From Bifidobacterium breve (GTDB lineage: Bacteria; Actinomycetota; Thermoleophilia; Solirubrobacterales; Solirubrobacteraceae): 64,000 nucleotides of DNA. Positions 18,557 to 27,378 of this stretch are shown in pieces (positions within the stretch are counted from its first letter, which is position 1; each line of letters opens with the position of its first letter). The notes under the pieces were generated by a model that saw nothing but the letters and a program-made list of their open reading frames with translations, ran no database searches and was not told the origin of the DNA. The translations under genes and the position numbers were made by a program. The stretch lies in contig CAMCVN010000002.1 of NCBI GenBank assembly GCA_945881845.1, positions 17,947 through 81,946 of the forward strand, in the 5' to 3' direction.

Positions 18557-21184
18557 ATGGTAACTCGCCTGCTAGCAGCAGTGATGGGGTTTGCGGCGCG
18601 GCGGCCGGTCGCCGTCTCGCTCGCCGTCCTCGTGCTGGCGGTCGTTGGCGCGCTCTTTGCATTGAGGCTGGAACCGAGCGCCGAGACTGAAACCTTGGTC
18701 GGCCGCTCAACGCCCGGCTACGCGGCGACGGAGCTGCTGCACCAGCGCTTCGGCGATGATGCCGTCTACGTCGTCGTTCGTGAATCAGCAGTGCGGATTG
18801 CGCTCGGCGAGGATCTCGGACGCGTTTTCGGGCTCGAAGGTTGCCTTGCGGGCAATCCGACTACGGCCGCTGTACCGCCTGGCGGAAAGAGAGGCCCCTG
18901 CGCGCGGCTGGCAGCAACGAAGCCGGCGAAGGTCGTCTTTGGCCCCGGAACCTTCATTAACGAGGCAGTTGGCCAGATCAACGAGCAGCTGCGCAGTTAC
19001 GCCGCCGCGCAGAAACGAGACTTGGCTGAGGCCGGCCGAAAGGCCTACCGCGATCAGATCGCGAAGGGCGGCGACGTTGCAGCGGCCGAGGCAGCCCGAG
19101 CGAAAGCGCGCCAGAAGGTCGATGCCGGCTACTTCCAGCTCTTAGCTGGGCTGGCGCTCCGCTACGGGCTGACGAAGGTTCCAGCCGTCGACGACCCGCA
19201 GTTCCTTGCCCGATTGATCTTCGACTCGACGCGCGCTGCCGGAACTCCGAAGGCGCGTTTTGCGACGATCTTCCCCAGCTCGCAGGGTGCGCTGATTCAG
19301 GTGCGGCTTCGCAGCGACTTGAGCGAAGCCGAGCGCAAGACGGCGATCGCCAACATTCGTGCGGCTACTGAGATGGATGAGTGGGCGCTCTCCGACGGCA
19401 GCTACGCGGTGACCGGCGCGCCGGTACTAATCGGCGAGCTGAGTGATTCGATCTCAAAGTCGATTCTGATCCTGCTGGTTGCCGCCGTGATCGTGATGGC
19501 GTTGATGCTGGGGATCGTCTTCCGCTCGCGGCTGCGGCTGCTGCCGCTGGCAATCGCATTGGTCTCAGTTGCGCTGACCTTTGGCGTGATGGCGATCAGC
19601 GGTATCGGGCTGACGATGGCTTCGATCGCGATCGTGCCGATCTTGATCGGCCTCGCTGTCGACTATGCGATTCAGTTGCAGTCGCGCTTCGACGAGCAGG
19701 GGCCGCCGCTGACGACGGCGATTGGCGCCGTAGCGGCTCGAGGTGCGCCGACGATTCTCGCCGCTGCCGCTGCCACCGCTGCCGGTTTCCTCGTGCTCGT
19801 GCTCTCGCCGGTGCCGATGATCCGGGGCTTTGGCGTACTGCTGGTGATCGGAATTGCGCTCGCGCTGACCTGCGCGCTGACGCTCGGCGTTGCCGCGGCA
19901 GCGCTACTCGATCGCCGCAGCGGCTCGACGCCGCGGCCGATTGCCGCCGTCAGCGCAGCATGGAATGACGCTGGCGGCCTAATCACTGCGACCGGTGCCT
20001 GGCAGGCTGTCTCCTCGCGCCTGCGCAGCTTGACGGCCGCTACGCTGCGCGTCGCGACGGCGAAGCCCGGCCGCGTTCTTGCGATCGCCGGCGCGCTCGC
20101 ACTGATCGGCTGGGGGCTCGACACGCAGGCGAAGGTCGAGTCCGACGTGCAGAAGCTCGTCCCGTCGTCGCTGCCGGCGCTGCGTGACCTGCAGCAGCTG
20201 CAGAAGGTGAGCGGGGTTGGGGGGGAAGTGAACGTCGTCGTCGAGGCCGAAAACGCGGCCTCACCGGCGGTCGTCGCCTGGATGACCGATTACCAGTCGA
20301 GGATCCTAAAACGCCTCAATTACGACCCCGAGCGTGGCTGCCGCGGCTCCGACCTCTGCCCGGCTTTCTCGTTGCCGGACCTCTTCACGACGCCCGATTC
20401 GGTCTCGTCGCAGCAGCGCGTTGACGCTCTGCTTGCCGCTGTCCCTCCTTATCTGACGCAGAACGTGATCGCGCCCGACCGCAAGACCGCGACCTTGGCC
20501 TTCGGTCTGCGGCTGATGAGCCTCGATCGCCAGTTTGCGGTGCTGCGCGTGATGGAGAGCGAACTGAACCCGCCGCCGGGAGTGCGTGCGCGGCTCGCGG
20601 GGCTGCCCGTCTTGACGGCGGCCGCCAATGATCGCCTCTCCTCGCCGCTGCGGCGTGGGCTCTCGCTGCTGGTTAGCCTTTTCGCTGTCGGGCTTGTGCT
20701 GCTGCTGGCATTTCGTAGCTGGCGACGCGCTCTGATTCCGCTTCTGCCGATCGCGCTAGCGACCGGTTGGTCGGCGCTGATCCTGTTCGCGACGCGAATC
20801 CCACTCAACCCGCTCTCGGTCGTGCTCGGCACGCTCGTGGTCGCGATCGCAACCGAGTTCAGCGTGCTGCTCAGTGAGCGTTACCGCCGTGAACGTGACG
20901 ACGGCCTCGACCCCGCTGAAGCGCTGCGGGCGACCTATGCGTCGACCGGCGCCGCCGTAGTCGCGTCAGGAACGACGGCGATCGCTGGTTTCGCCGTGCT
21001 TGTGCTCTCTGAGATCCGAATGCTGCGCGACTTTGGCCTCGTCACTGTGATCGACCTTGGCGTCGCTCTGGTTGGCGTCTTGGTCGTCCTCCCGGCCGTG
21101 CTGATGCTGGCCGAGCCGGGCGCGCTCCGACGCCGTTTCGATTGGATCGATCGTCAGCTCCCACCGCGCAAGTCAGCCTCGTGA
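18557..21184 (+). CDS. MMPL-family / RND-superfamily membrane transporter (HpnN-like size class)
   Basis: About 875 aa. Two blocks of TM helices, each preceded by a large soluble loop (for example SILILLVAAVIVMALMLGIVF... and LSLLVSLFAVGLVLLLAF...). ATG 18557. Confidence 0.75.
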   Translation: MVTRLLAAVMGFAARRPVAVSLAVLVLAVVGALFALRLEPSAETETLVGRSTPGYAATELLHQRFGDDAVYVVVRESAVRIALGEDLGRVFGLEGCLAGNPTTAAVPPGGKRGPCARLAATKPAKVVFGPGTFINEAVGQINEQLRSYAAAQKRDLAEAGRKAYRDQIAKGGDVAAAEAARAKARQKVDAGYFQLLAGLALRYGLTKVPAVDDPQFLARLIFDSTRAAGTPKARFATIFPSSQGALIQVRLRSDLSEAERKTAIANIRAATEMDEWALSDGSYAVTGAPVLIGELSDSISKSILILLVAAVIVMALMLGIVFRSRLRLLPLAIALVSVALTFGVMAISGIGLTMASIAIVPILIGLAVDYAIQLQSRFDEQGPPLTTAIGAVAARGAPTILAAAAATAAGFLVLVLSPVPMIRGFGVLLVIGIALALTCALTLGVAAAALLDRRSGSTPRPIAAVSAAWNDAGGLITATGAWQAVSSRLRSLTAATLRVATAKPGRVLAIAGALALIGWGLDTQAKVESDVQKLVPSSLPALRDLQQLQKVSGVGGEVNVVVEAENAASPAVVAWMTDYQSRILKRLNYDPERGCRGSDLCPAFSLPDLFTTPDSVSSQQRVDALLAAVPPYLTQNVIAPDRKTATLAFGLRLMSLDRQFAVLRVMESELNPPPGVRARLAGLPVLTAAANDRLSSPLRRGLSLLVSLFAVGLVLLLAFRSWRRALIPLLPIALATGWSALILFATRIPLNPLSVVLGTLVVAIATEFSVLLSERYRRERDDGLDPAEALRATYASTGAAVVASGTTAIAGFAVLVLSEIRMLRDFGLVTVIDLGVALVGVLVVLPAVLMLAEPGALRRRFDWIDRQLPPRKSAS

Positions 21185-21831
21185 GCAGCCAGCCGCCGAT
21201 AACGCCGAGCCCGCCAGCGAAGGCCAAGACGCGCCTGCCAGGCGTCGTTCTCGTCGTCGCGCTCATTCTGCTCGTCGCCTACGTCACCTACAACACGGCG
21301 ACCGGCGAGCGTGGCTCGTCAACCGGGCCGGCAGCCGGCACCGCGATGGTTCAGTTTGCAGCGCCGCTAGTCGATTCCTCGCTCGAGGGCGACGTCAACG
21401 TGACCCAGCGCGATGCCGCCAGCGCAACGGTTCGAGCTGCCTGCGACCTGCATGGCTCGGAGATTCTCAACTCCTGCCAACTAGTGCGTCTTAACCCCGC
21501 CGTAATGGTCTTCATCAACTCCAGCCAAGGGCGTTGCGCTGACACGCTCGATCAGGTCATCGGCGCGGCGGCGAAGTATCGGAAGCTGCGAGTTGCAGCC
21601 ATCGTGATCGCTGGAGAACGCTCTGAGGCGCAAAGATTGGTTGCCGCTCGCGGCTGGAAGATCCCTGTGGCCGAGGATCGCGATGGTGCGCTCGCCAATC
21701 TCTACGGCGTTGCGGTCTGCCCTCAGATCGTCTACCTGAGGGCCGGGGGAGTAGTTGATGGCGTCAGCGTTGGCGAGGTCGGCGGCGCTGATCTGAATTC
21801 CCGGCTGCGCGCGCTCGAAGGAGCGGGCTGA
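21181..21831 (+). CDS. Membrane-anchored thioredoxin-fold (TlpA/ResA-like) protein lacking the CXXC motif
   Basis: GTG 21181 overlaps the MMPL stop (GTGA). TM anchor LPGVVLVVALILLVAYV. GVAVCPQIVYLRAGGVV resembles the TlpA cis-Pro region. The active-site position reads FINSSQGRC. Confidence 0.5.
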   Translation: MSSQPPITPSPPAKAKTRLPGVVLVVALILLVAYVTYNTATGERGSSTGPAAGTAMVQFAAPLVDSSLEGDVNVTQRDAASATVRAACDLHGSEILNSCQLVRLNPAVMVFINSSQGRCADTLDQVIGAAAKYRKLRVAAIVIAGERSEAQRLVAARGWKIPVAEDRDGALANLYGVAVCPQIVYLRAGGVVDGVSVGEVGGADLNSRLRALEGAG

Positions 21832-21832
21832 A

Positions 21833-22438
21833 TTGAGCGGCGGGCTCGGAGCCGAGTTCCCCGGCCTTCGCGCCGATTGGCTTTGCTGCCAGTGCAGGAA
21901 TCATCGCTGCGACTCAGGCGTTGGCGAACGGCTGGCGCGGCTGGCGAGCCGCTTCAGCGGTCGTCAGGCAATTGAGTTGCGCCAACAGCAGGTTCCAGCC
22001 GCTTACCGCAGCTTCTTTCGTCAGGTCGGGATTGACCCCGACCAGCATCCCACGCCGATTGAGCAGGCCGTACTTGGGCGCCTGCTGAGCGGCGGCAATC
22101 TGCCGCAGGATCGAATCAGCGATGGGCTGCTGCTAGCGCTGCTTGAAACCTCAGTGCCGGTCGTTGCCTTCGACGCTGCTGCGGTTTCCTCGCCGATTGA
22201 GATACGCGCGGCGGAGCGCGGGGAGGTTGTGGCCGGTCTCGGCGTCGAGCCAGGAACGTTGCTGCTGGCCTCCGCTGAGCAGCCGCTCTGCCAGCTCTTC
22301 TCGCCTCCGGCGCCGCCGCTTTCCGCTGGTTTAGAGAGCGAGCGTCTGCTGCTGGTGGCCGTGATCGTTCCCGGCGTAAGCGCGATCGCTAGCGACGAGG
22401 CGCTGACGATCGCTGCCGCCGCGATTAGCGGTGGCTGA
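21833..22438 (+). CDS. B3/B4 tRNA-binding-domain family protein
   Basis: TTG start one nt after the previous stop. AYRSFFRQVGIDPDQHPTPIEQAVLGRLLSGGNLPQDRISDGLLLALLETSVPVVAFD fits the B3/4-domain pattern. Confidence 0.5.
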   Translation: MSGGLGAEFPGLRADWLCCQCRNHRCDSGVGERLARLASRFSGRQAIELRQQQVPAAYRSFFRQVGIDPDQHPTPIEQAVLGRLLSGGNLPQDRISDGLLLALLETSVPVVAFDAAAVSSPIEIRAAERGEVVAGLGVEPGTLLLASAEQPLCQLFSPPAPPLSAGLESERLLLVAVIVPGVSAIASDEALTIAAAAISGG

Positions 22439-22466
22439 TAGCGCCGTCGCCGGTTAGACTTTGCCA

Positions 22467-22949
22467 ATGGCGGCGCTACTCATCGACCACGGTGTTGGCA
22501 GTGAACTCCCCGCACAGCTCGGGCTGGGCTCCGGCGAGGCTGCCGCGCGGAGCACGCTGCGGGCTCAGGTCGCGCAGCTCGACCGCCTGCTTAGCGCCGC
22601 GGCCTGCGAGGCCTTTCCCGACCGACTTGACCTACCTGTTCTCCCTGCCCGCGGGCCACGGCTGCAGAGCCTTGGCGAGCTTGAGCTGCTGCGCGACGCC
22701 CTGATCGGCTCATTGCGGCAGGCCCGTGAAGCGTTGGCCACTCGCGAGCTTGAGCGAACAGCGGCCCGCGAGCTGCTGGAGCAGATGCTGCTCGATCCCG
22801 CCAAGTACCGTCGCCTGCGGATCGCACAGAGCGAGCTCGGTGTTGGCGGCTGCGGCGTCTGGAGCGTGATGCCACGCCTCGGGCCGATGGGACGACTGAT
22901 GGGCTGGTGGCGCGTCAAGCTCTCCTCTGGCTGTCCCTTAGCCGCCTGA
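22467..22949 (+). CDS. Hypothetical protein with coiled-coil middle and Cys/Trp-rich C-terminus
   Basis: ORF 22461-22949. The coding-like frame beats the R/S-rich antisense ORF 22565-23266. C-terminus is GVGGCGVWSVMPRLGPMGRLMGWWRVKLSSGCPLAA. Confidence 0.45.
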   Translation: MAALLIDHGVGSELPAQLGLGSGEAAARSTLRAQVAQLDRLLSAAACEAFPDRLDLPVLPARGPRLQSLGELELLRDALIGSLRQAREALATRELERTAARELLEQMLLDPAKYRRLRIAQSELGVGGCGVWSVMPRLGPMGRLMGWWRVKLSSGCPLAA

Positions 22950-22951
22950 CA

Positions 22952-23440
22952 ATGGGAAGGCGAAGCCGCAATCGCGGACTCTCCGATGTACCGGGCGCGA
23001 GCAACGGCGAGCCGTCGGCGACAAAGAAGCCGGTCAAACCGGACGCTGCCGCTCGTCGCCGCGCGCGCCTTGACGAAGCTCCGAAGCCGCCCTGGGCGCC
23101 GGTGCCGCTGACCGAGATCTGCATCTTCGTTGGGATCATCCTGATCGCCGTGGCGCTGCTTGGTGGTGCCCAGCGCGCGCTGCTGATTGGCTTCGGATTG
23201 GCGTTGATCTTGATCGCCACGTTGGAGCTCTGCTTGCGCGAGCATCTCGCCGGCTATCGCTCTCATTCTGTACTGATCGCGGCCTGCTCCGCCGTTGTCC
23301 TGGCCCTGCCTTTAGCGCTGCTGACCGGCCTGTCGAAAGTGCTGCTGCTGGCAGCCGCTGCCGTCATCTTTGGCGTTCTTTGGTGGCTTCTGCGTAGTCT
23401 CTTCCGTAGTCGATCAGGAGGAATGTCATGGCGAGCATGA
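22952..23440 (+). CDS. Membrane protein, basic N-terminus and about four TM helices, function unknown
   Basis: ORF 22907-23440 trimmed to ATG 22952. Helices ICIFVGIILIAVALLGG, LLIGFGLALILIATLEL, LIAACSAVVLALPLALL, LLLAAAAVIFGVLWWLL. Confidence 0.55.
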   Translation: MGRRSRNRGLSDVPGASNGEPSATKKPVKPDAAARRRARLDEAPKPPWAPVPLTEICIFVGIILIAVALLGGAQRALLIGFGLALILIATLELCLREHLAGYRSHSVLIAACSAVVLALPLALLTGLSKVLLLAAAAVIFGVLWWLLRSLFRSRSGGMSWRA

Positions 23441-23910
23441 GTGACCCGCAGTACCCAGCGCCATCGGAGGCGGGCGACCCTAGCGTCGCTCAGCCGATGC
23501 GGATCAGCGGGCTCCACCACGCAACATTGATCTGCAGCGACCTTGAGCGCACGACCGCGTTCTACCGCGACGTGCTGGGACTGGCACTTGCCGACGAGGG
23601 CGTTAACGCCGATGATCCGGCGACACGGCACTTCTGGTTCACTAGCGACCCGAACGCAAGCGGCGCTGAGCCGGCTCTGCGGCTGACCTTCCTCGAGTAC
23701 CCCGAGATGGCGAAGGCGACACAAGGGGTTGGCGGCGTCCACCACCTAGCCCTGGCGGTTGCGTCAGCGGCTGAGGTTGAGGCTTGGCGCGACTACCTTC
23801 AGCAGCGTGAGATACCGACGACCGAGAGCTTCAGCCGCGACAAGCTGAGCTCCGTTTACCTCCGCGACCCGGACGGCCAGATCATCGAGATCGTCGCGCC
23901 CGGCGAGTAG
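23428..23910 (+). CDS. VOC-family (glyoxalase / ring-cleaving dioxygenase-like) protein
   Basis: AGGAGG upstream. ISGLHHATLICSDLERTTAFYRDVLGL ... GGVHHLALAV ... SVYLRDPDGQIIEIV. Confidence 0.8.
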   Translation: MASMSDPQYPAPSEAGDPSVAQPMRISGLHHATLICSDLERTTAFYRDVLGLALADEGVNADDPATRHFWFTSDPNASGAEPALRLTFLEYPEMAKATQGVGGVHHLALAVASAAEVEAWRDYLQQREIPTTESFSRDKLSSVYLRDPDGQIIEIVAPGE

Positions 23911-23917
23911 CAGCGGT

Positions 23918-24235
23918 TCAGTCGCTCGGCAGTGCCGCAGCTAGCGCGTGGCGCTGACGCTCGGTCATCGAACCGATCGTCTTCTGCTCTGAGATCGGAA
24001 TGCTCTGCAGTAGGCGACGGCAGCGGGCGCGGCCCCAGCGGCGCTGGCTGGTAATGAGGTCGGAGATCGTCATCGACTGAGCCTCCCACGGCGACTCGAC
24101 GACGACATCTGCGGCCAGCGTGTCACCGGCGGCGACGCGGCGTTTCAGCTCGGCCCTCGCGAGGCGCACCGTGTTGGCGCGCTCCAGTGCGCGGAGGTGC
24201 TGAGGTGCTGGGGCCGTGGTCGCAGTTGGTGTCAT
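23918..24235 (-). CDS. Small DNA-binding protein of the actinobacterial integration host factor (mIHF) family
   Basis: 105 aa, AAGGAG upstream. ARAELKRRVAAG ... MTISDLITS ... RRLLQSIPISEQKTIGSMTERQRHALAAAL parallels mycobacterial mIHF (ARAELKDRLKRG ... MKVSALLEALP ... RRLRGLGDRQRKALLEKF). Confidence 0.5.
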   Translation of the reverse strand: MTPTATTAPAPQHLRALERANTVRLARAELKRRVAAGDTLAADVVVESPWEAQSMTISDLITSQRRWGRARCRRLLQSIPISEQKTIGSMTERQRHALAAALPSD

Positions 24236-24523
24236 AGGGACTCCTTAGCGCGCCGGTCGGGCGCACCTAATAGTTCTGGTCAGGACGGTTTCGTTACGGC
24301 GTAGGGCCGCTTCGATCAAGTTGTAATCTCGCCTCGGTGCCAGCTTCGCGGGTCACCCTACGGACCCGACTATCGCCTCTCGCTCCCCCTCCGCGGCCAC
24401 CAAGTAGCCGACTCCTTCAACCTACGAAAGAACCAGCCCAATCGTCAACAGGGTGTAAACGATTTGCGCGCTCAGAGCGTTAAAAAGACGCTCGGGCCGG
24501 TCCGGTGAAACCACTGCCGAGGC

Positions 24524-25828
24524 TCAGTGGTCTCCCGGTCCTGGCAGCGGGCCGTGCTCAGCCTCGAAACTCGCCTTGACCGACTCAAAGGCGGCAAGCG
24601 CTCGGTCCAAGGTCTCACGGTCATGGGTTGCCATCACGCTCGTGCGCAGCAGCGCTCCGCTTGGTGGCACGGCGGGGTGGAGGGCGGTGTTGACGAAGAC
24701 GCCGGCGTCGTAGAGCGCGCGCCAGAGCAGCACGGCCTTCCAGTCATCGCCGACGACGACCGGCACGATCGGCGTGACTATTTCGCCGTTCAATACCCCC
24801 GGCGCGTCGAGCTGCGCTGTTGGTGAGCTGAGCTGCTGCGGCGCGACCACGGCGAAGCCAAGCGCCTCTAGGCCGTCACGCAGGTAGCGGGCGTTATCGA
24901 GCACCGCTGAGAAGAGCGGCGGCCCGTCCTCGGAGCGAATAATCCGCAGTGCCGCCAGAGCCGCCCCGACCGCTGCGGGCACCGCTGAGGCAGTGAAAAG
25001 GTAGGCCCTCGCTGAGACCCGCAGATAGTCAATAACGTCGGCATTTCCAGCGACAAAGCCACCGCAGGAGGCAAGCGACTTGGAGAAAGTTCCGGTCCGC
25101 AAGTCAACTTGATCTTCGACACCAAGCAGCTCCGGCGTGCCCGAGCCGCGCGCGCCGAGGACGCCAGCACCGTGCGCATCGTCGACCAGCAGGCGAGCTC
25201 CATGAGCTGCGCAGAGCGCCGCGATCTGATCGACTGGCGCGATGTCCCCTTCCATCGAGAAAACGCCATCGACAACGACGAGAATGCCGCCGCCGTCGCC
25301 GGCTGCGCGCTCCAGCGCGCGTTCAAGTTTGTCGATGCGGTTGTGGCGGAAGGCGCGCAGTTTTGCTTTCGACTGGATACAGCCGTCGAGAATTGAGGCG
25401 TGGTCACCGGAGTCGGCGATAACGGTGTCGCCCGGCCCAAGGATCGTCCCGATCGTCCCGAGATTGGTCTGGTGACCGGTTGTGAAGACGAGCGCGTCCT
25501 CGGCGCCGATCCACTCGGCGATCTCGCGCTCCAGTTCGATGTGGAGCGGGATCGTTCCGTTCAGCAAGCGCGAGCCGGTCAGCCCGGTGCCGTAGGTCTC
25601 GAGCGCCTCGCGGGCGCCATCCATCACGCGCTCGTCACCGGTCAGCCCGAGGTAGTTGTTTGAGCCGAGCATGATTCGCTCCGCGCCTTCCATCGTGACG
25701 ACCGGTCGCGCCGGGCCGTCGAGCAGGCGGAAGTAGGGCAGCAGGTCGGCCTCGCGCGCAGCCCGCAGCTGCTCCTCGCGTTCGTGGCCGCGTACTTTGG
25801 CGAAGAGATCAACTTGTGTGTTCGACAT
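24524..25828 (-). CDS. PLP-dependent alpha-oxoamine synthase, serine-palmitoyltransferase-like
   Basis: ORF 24524-25843 trimmed to ATG 25828. LPYFRLL, GSNNYLGL, GSRLLNGT, DSGDHASILDG, VDDAHGAG, catalytic-Lys motif GTFSKSL. Confidence 0.8.
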   Translation of the reverse strand: MSNTQVDLFAKVRGHEREEQLRAAREADLLPYFRLLDGPARPVVTMEGAERIMLGSNNYLGLTGDERVMDGAREALETYGTGLTGSRLLNGTIPLHIELEREIAEWIGAEDALVFTTGHQTNLGTIGTILGPGDTVIADSGDHASILDGCIQSKAKLRAFRHNRIDKLERALERAAGDGGGILVVVDGVFSMEGDIAPVDQIAALCAAHGARLLVDDAHGAGVLGARGSGTPELLGVEDQVDLRTGTFSKSLASCGGFVAGNADVIDYLRVSARAYLFTASAVPAAVGAALAALRIIRSEDGPPLFSAVLDNARYLRDGLEALGFAVVAPQQLSSPTAQLDAPGVLNGEIVTPIVPVVVGDDWKAVLLWRALYDAGVFVNTALHPAVPPSGALLRTSVMATHDRETLDRALAAFESVKASFEAEHGPLPGPGDH

Positions 25829-25842
25829 ATAGGCTGCTGGCA

Positions 25843-27081
25843 ATGAGCGTAGAGATCAGGCCGGTGGAAACAAAGGCCGAGCGCAAAGAGTTTCTCGAGT
25901 TTCCCTATCGCCTCTACGCCAACGAGCCTATCTGGGTCGCGCCTCTGAGGTTCGAGCGCGCACAGCACATCGACCCGAAGCACAACCCATTCTTCGAGCA
26001 CGCCGAGGTTCAGCTCTTCCTCGCCTATCGCGACGGCCGCGTCGTTGGCCGCATCTCGGCCCACGTTGACGACAATCTCAACGAGTTTCAGGACAACATC
26101 TGGGGGCTGTTCGGCTTCTTTGAATGCGAGGACGACGGAGAGGCAGCGGCAGCCTTGATCGATGCCGCAGCCGAATGGAACCGCGAGCGCGGGCGGGACC
26201 GAATCGTTGGTCCGATGAGCTTCTCGACCAACGATGAGTGCGGACTGCTAATCGAGGGCTACGAACTGACGCCAATCATCCTCACCGAATGGCATTTCCC
26301 CTACTACCGCAAGCTGCTCGAAGAGGCCTGCGGGCTGCGCAAGGCGATGGACACGCTGATGTGGGATCTGCACATCAGCGGCAAGGCCGACGTTCACCCA
26401 GCGATCTGGGAGATGGCGGGCAAGGTTGAGAGCGAGCACGGGATCATCTGCCGGCCGATGCGCAAGAAGGAGCTGCAGGCTGAGGTTGGCCGCTTCCTTG
26501 AGGTCTACAACGAAGCCTGGGAGCGCAACTGGGGTTTCGTGCCGCTGAATGAGAAAGAGGCCCGCGCCTACGCTGACAATCTCAAGTTCGTGCTTGATGA
26601 GAACTGGGCGATGATCGCCGAGAAGGCCGATACCGGCGAGGTCGTCGGGGCCGCCCTTACGTTGCCCGACTTCAACCAGGCGATCAAGGCCGCCGGCAAC
26701 GGCCGTCTATTTCCATTCGGCTGGCTGAAGATTCTGCGGGCGCGCAAGAAGATCGATCGCGTTCGCGTCTTCGCGCTCGGCGTCAAGCGCGAATACCAGC
26801 ACGCTGGTGTTGCCGCGCGGCTCTATGAGATGCATTACGAATCGGCCGAGTCAACGCCGCAGGGCGGCGGCGAAACCGGCTGGATTCTTGAGACGAACAA
26901 GGCAATGAACCGTGGCATGGAAGGGATGGGCGGAACCGTCACGCGGCGCTACCGCTTCTATGAACGGTTGCTAGCCGAGGGCGCCGAACCGTCGCTGCCT
27001 GACGCAGAGGCATTCCCTTGGCGCGCAGATACTTCGCACCGCGTCGCCAACGAAGCTACTCTTGCCGCTGATGATGCTTGA
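25843..27081 (+). CDS. Large (412 aa) GNAT-superfamily acyl-CoA N-acyltransferase-like protein
   Basis: ORF 25816-27081 trimmed to ATG 25843. MSVEIRPVETKAERKEFLEFPYRLY ... ALGVKREYQHAGVAARLY (GNAT-like CoA-binding segment). Length suggests two lobes. Confidence 0.55.
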   Translation: MSVEIRPVETKAERKEFLEFPYRLYANEPIWVAPLRFERAQHIDPKHNPFFEHAEVQLFLAYRDGRVVGRISAHVDDNLNEFQDNIWGLFGFFECEDDGEAAAALIDAAAEWNRERGRDRIVGPMSFSTNDECGLLIEGYELTPIILTEWHFPYYRKLLEEACGLRKAMDTLMWDLHISGKADVHPAIWEMAGKVESEHGIICRPMRKKELQAEVGRFLEVYNEAWERNWGFVPLNEKEARAYADNLKFVLDENWAMIAEKADTGEVVGAALTLPDFNQAIKAAGNGRLFPFGWLKILRARKKIDRVRVFALGVKREYQHAGVAARLYEMHYESAESTPQGGGETGWILETNKAMNRGMEGMGGTVTRRYRFYERLLAEGAEPSLPDAEAFPWRADTSHRVANEATLAADDA

Positions 27082-27361
27082 CACCGGCACAGCCAGCAGC
27101 GAGCAGCGTGAGCGCGACGAGGAGGTTGACGCCGTCGTCGTCAACGAGGCGCGGCCGCTGCCAGCGCGCCGCAGCGCGGCTGAGCTGGTCGCCACGCAGG
27201 CCGCCGTTGTCGGTGGCTCGTTCGTCGCCGGCGCCGTCGTTTGCGCAGTCGTTTCGCGCCGTCGCAGCGGTAAGGCTGCGCGCCGGCGCAAGCGTTCAGG
27301 CCAGAGCACGATCGCCGCTTCGCGCTCGTTCTTGGTCGACGTTCACATGCTGCAGCGCTGA
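27074..27361 (+). CDS. Small single-pass membrane protein, hypothetical
   Basis: ORF 27062-27361. One hydrophobic helix AAVVGGSFVAGAVVCAVV flanked by basic residues. Third-position GC looks coding. Start uncertain (27071 or 27074). Confidence 0.35.
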   Translation: MLDTGTASSEQRERDEEVDAVVVNEARPLPARRSAAELVATQAAVVGGSFVAGAVVCAVVSRRRSGKAARRRKRSGQSTIAASRSFLVDVHMLQR

Positions 27362-27378
27362 GCCGACGGGCCCGAGCG

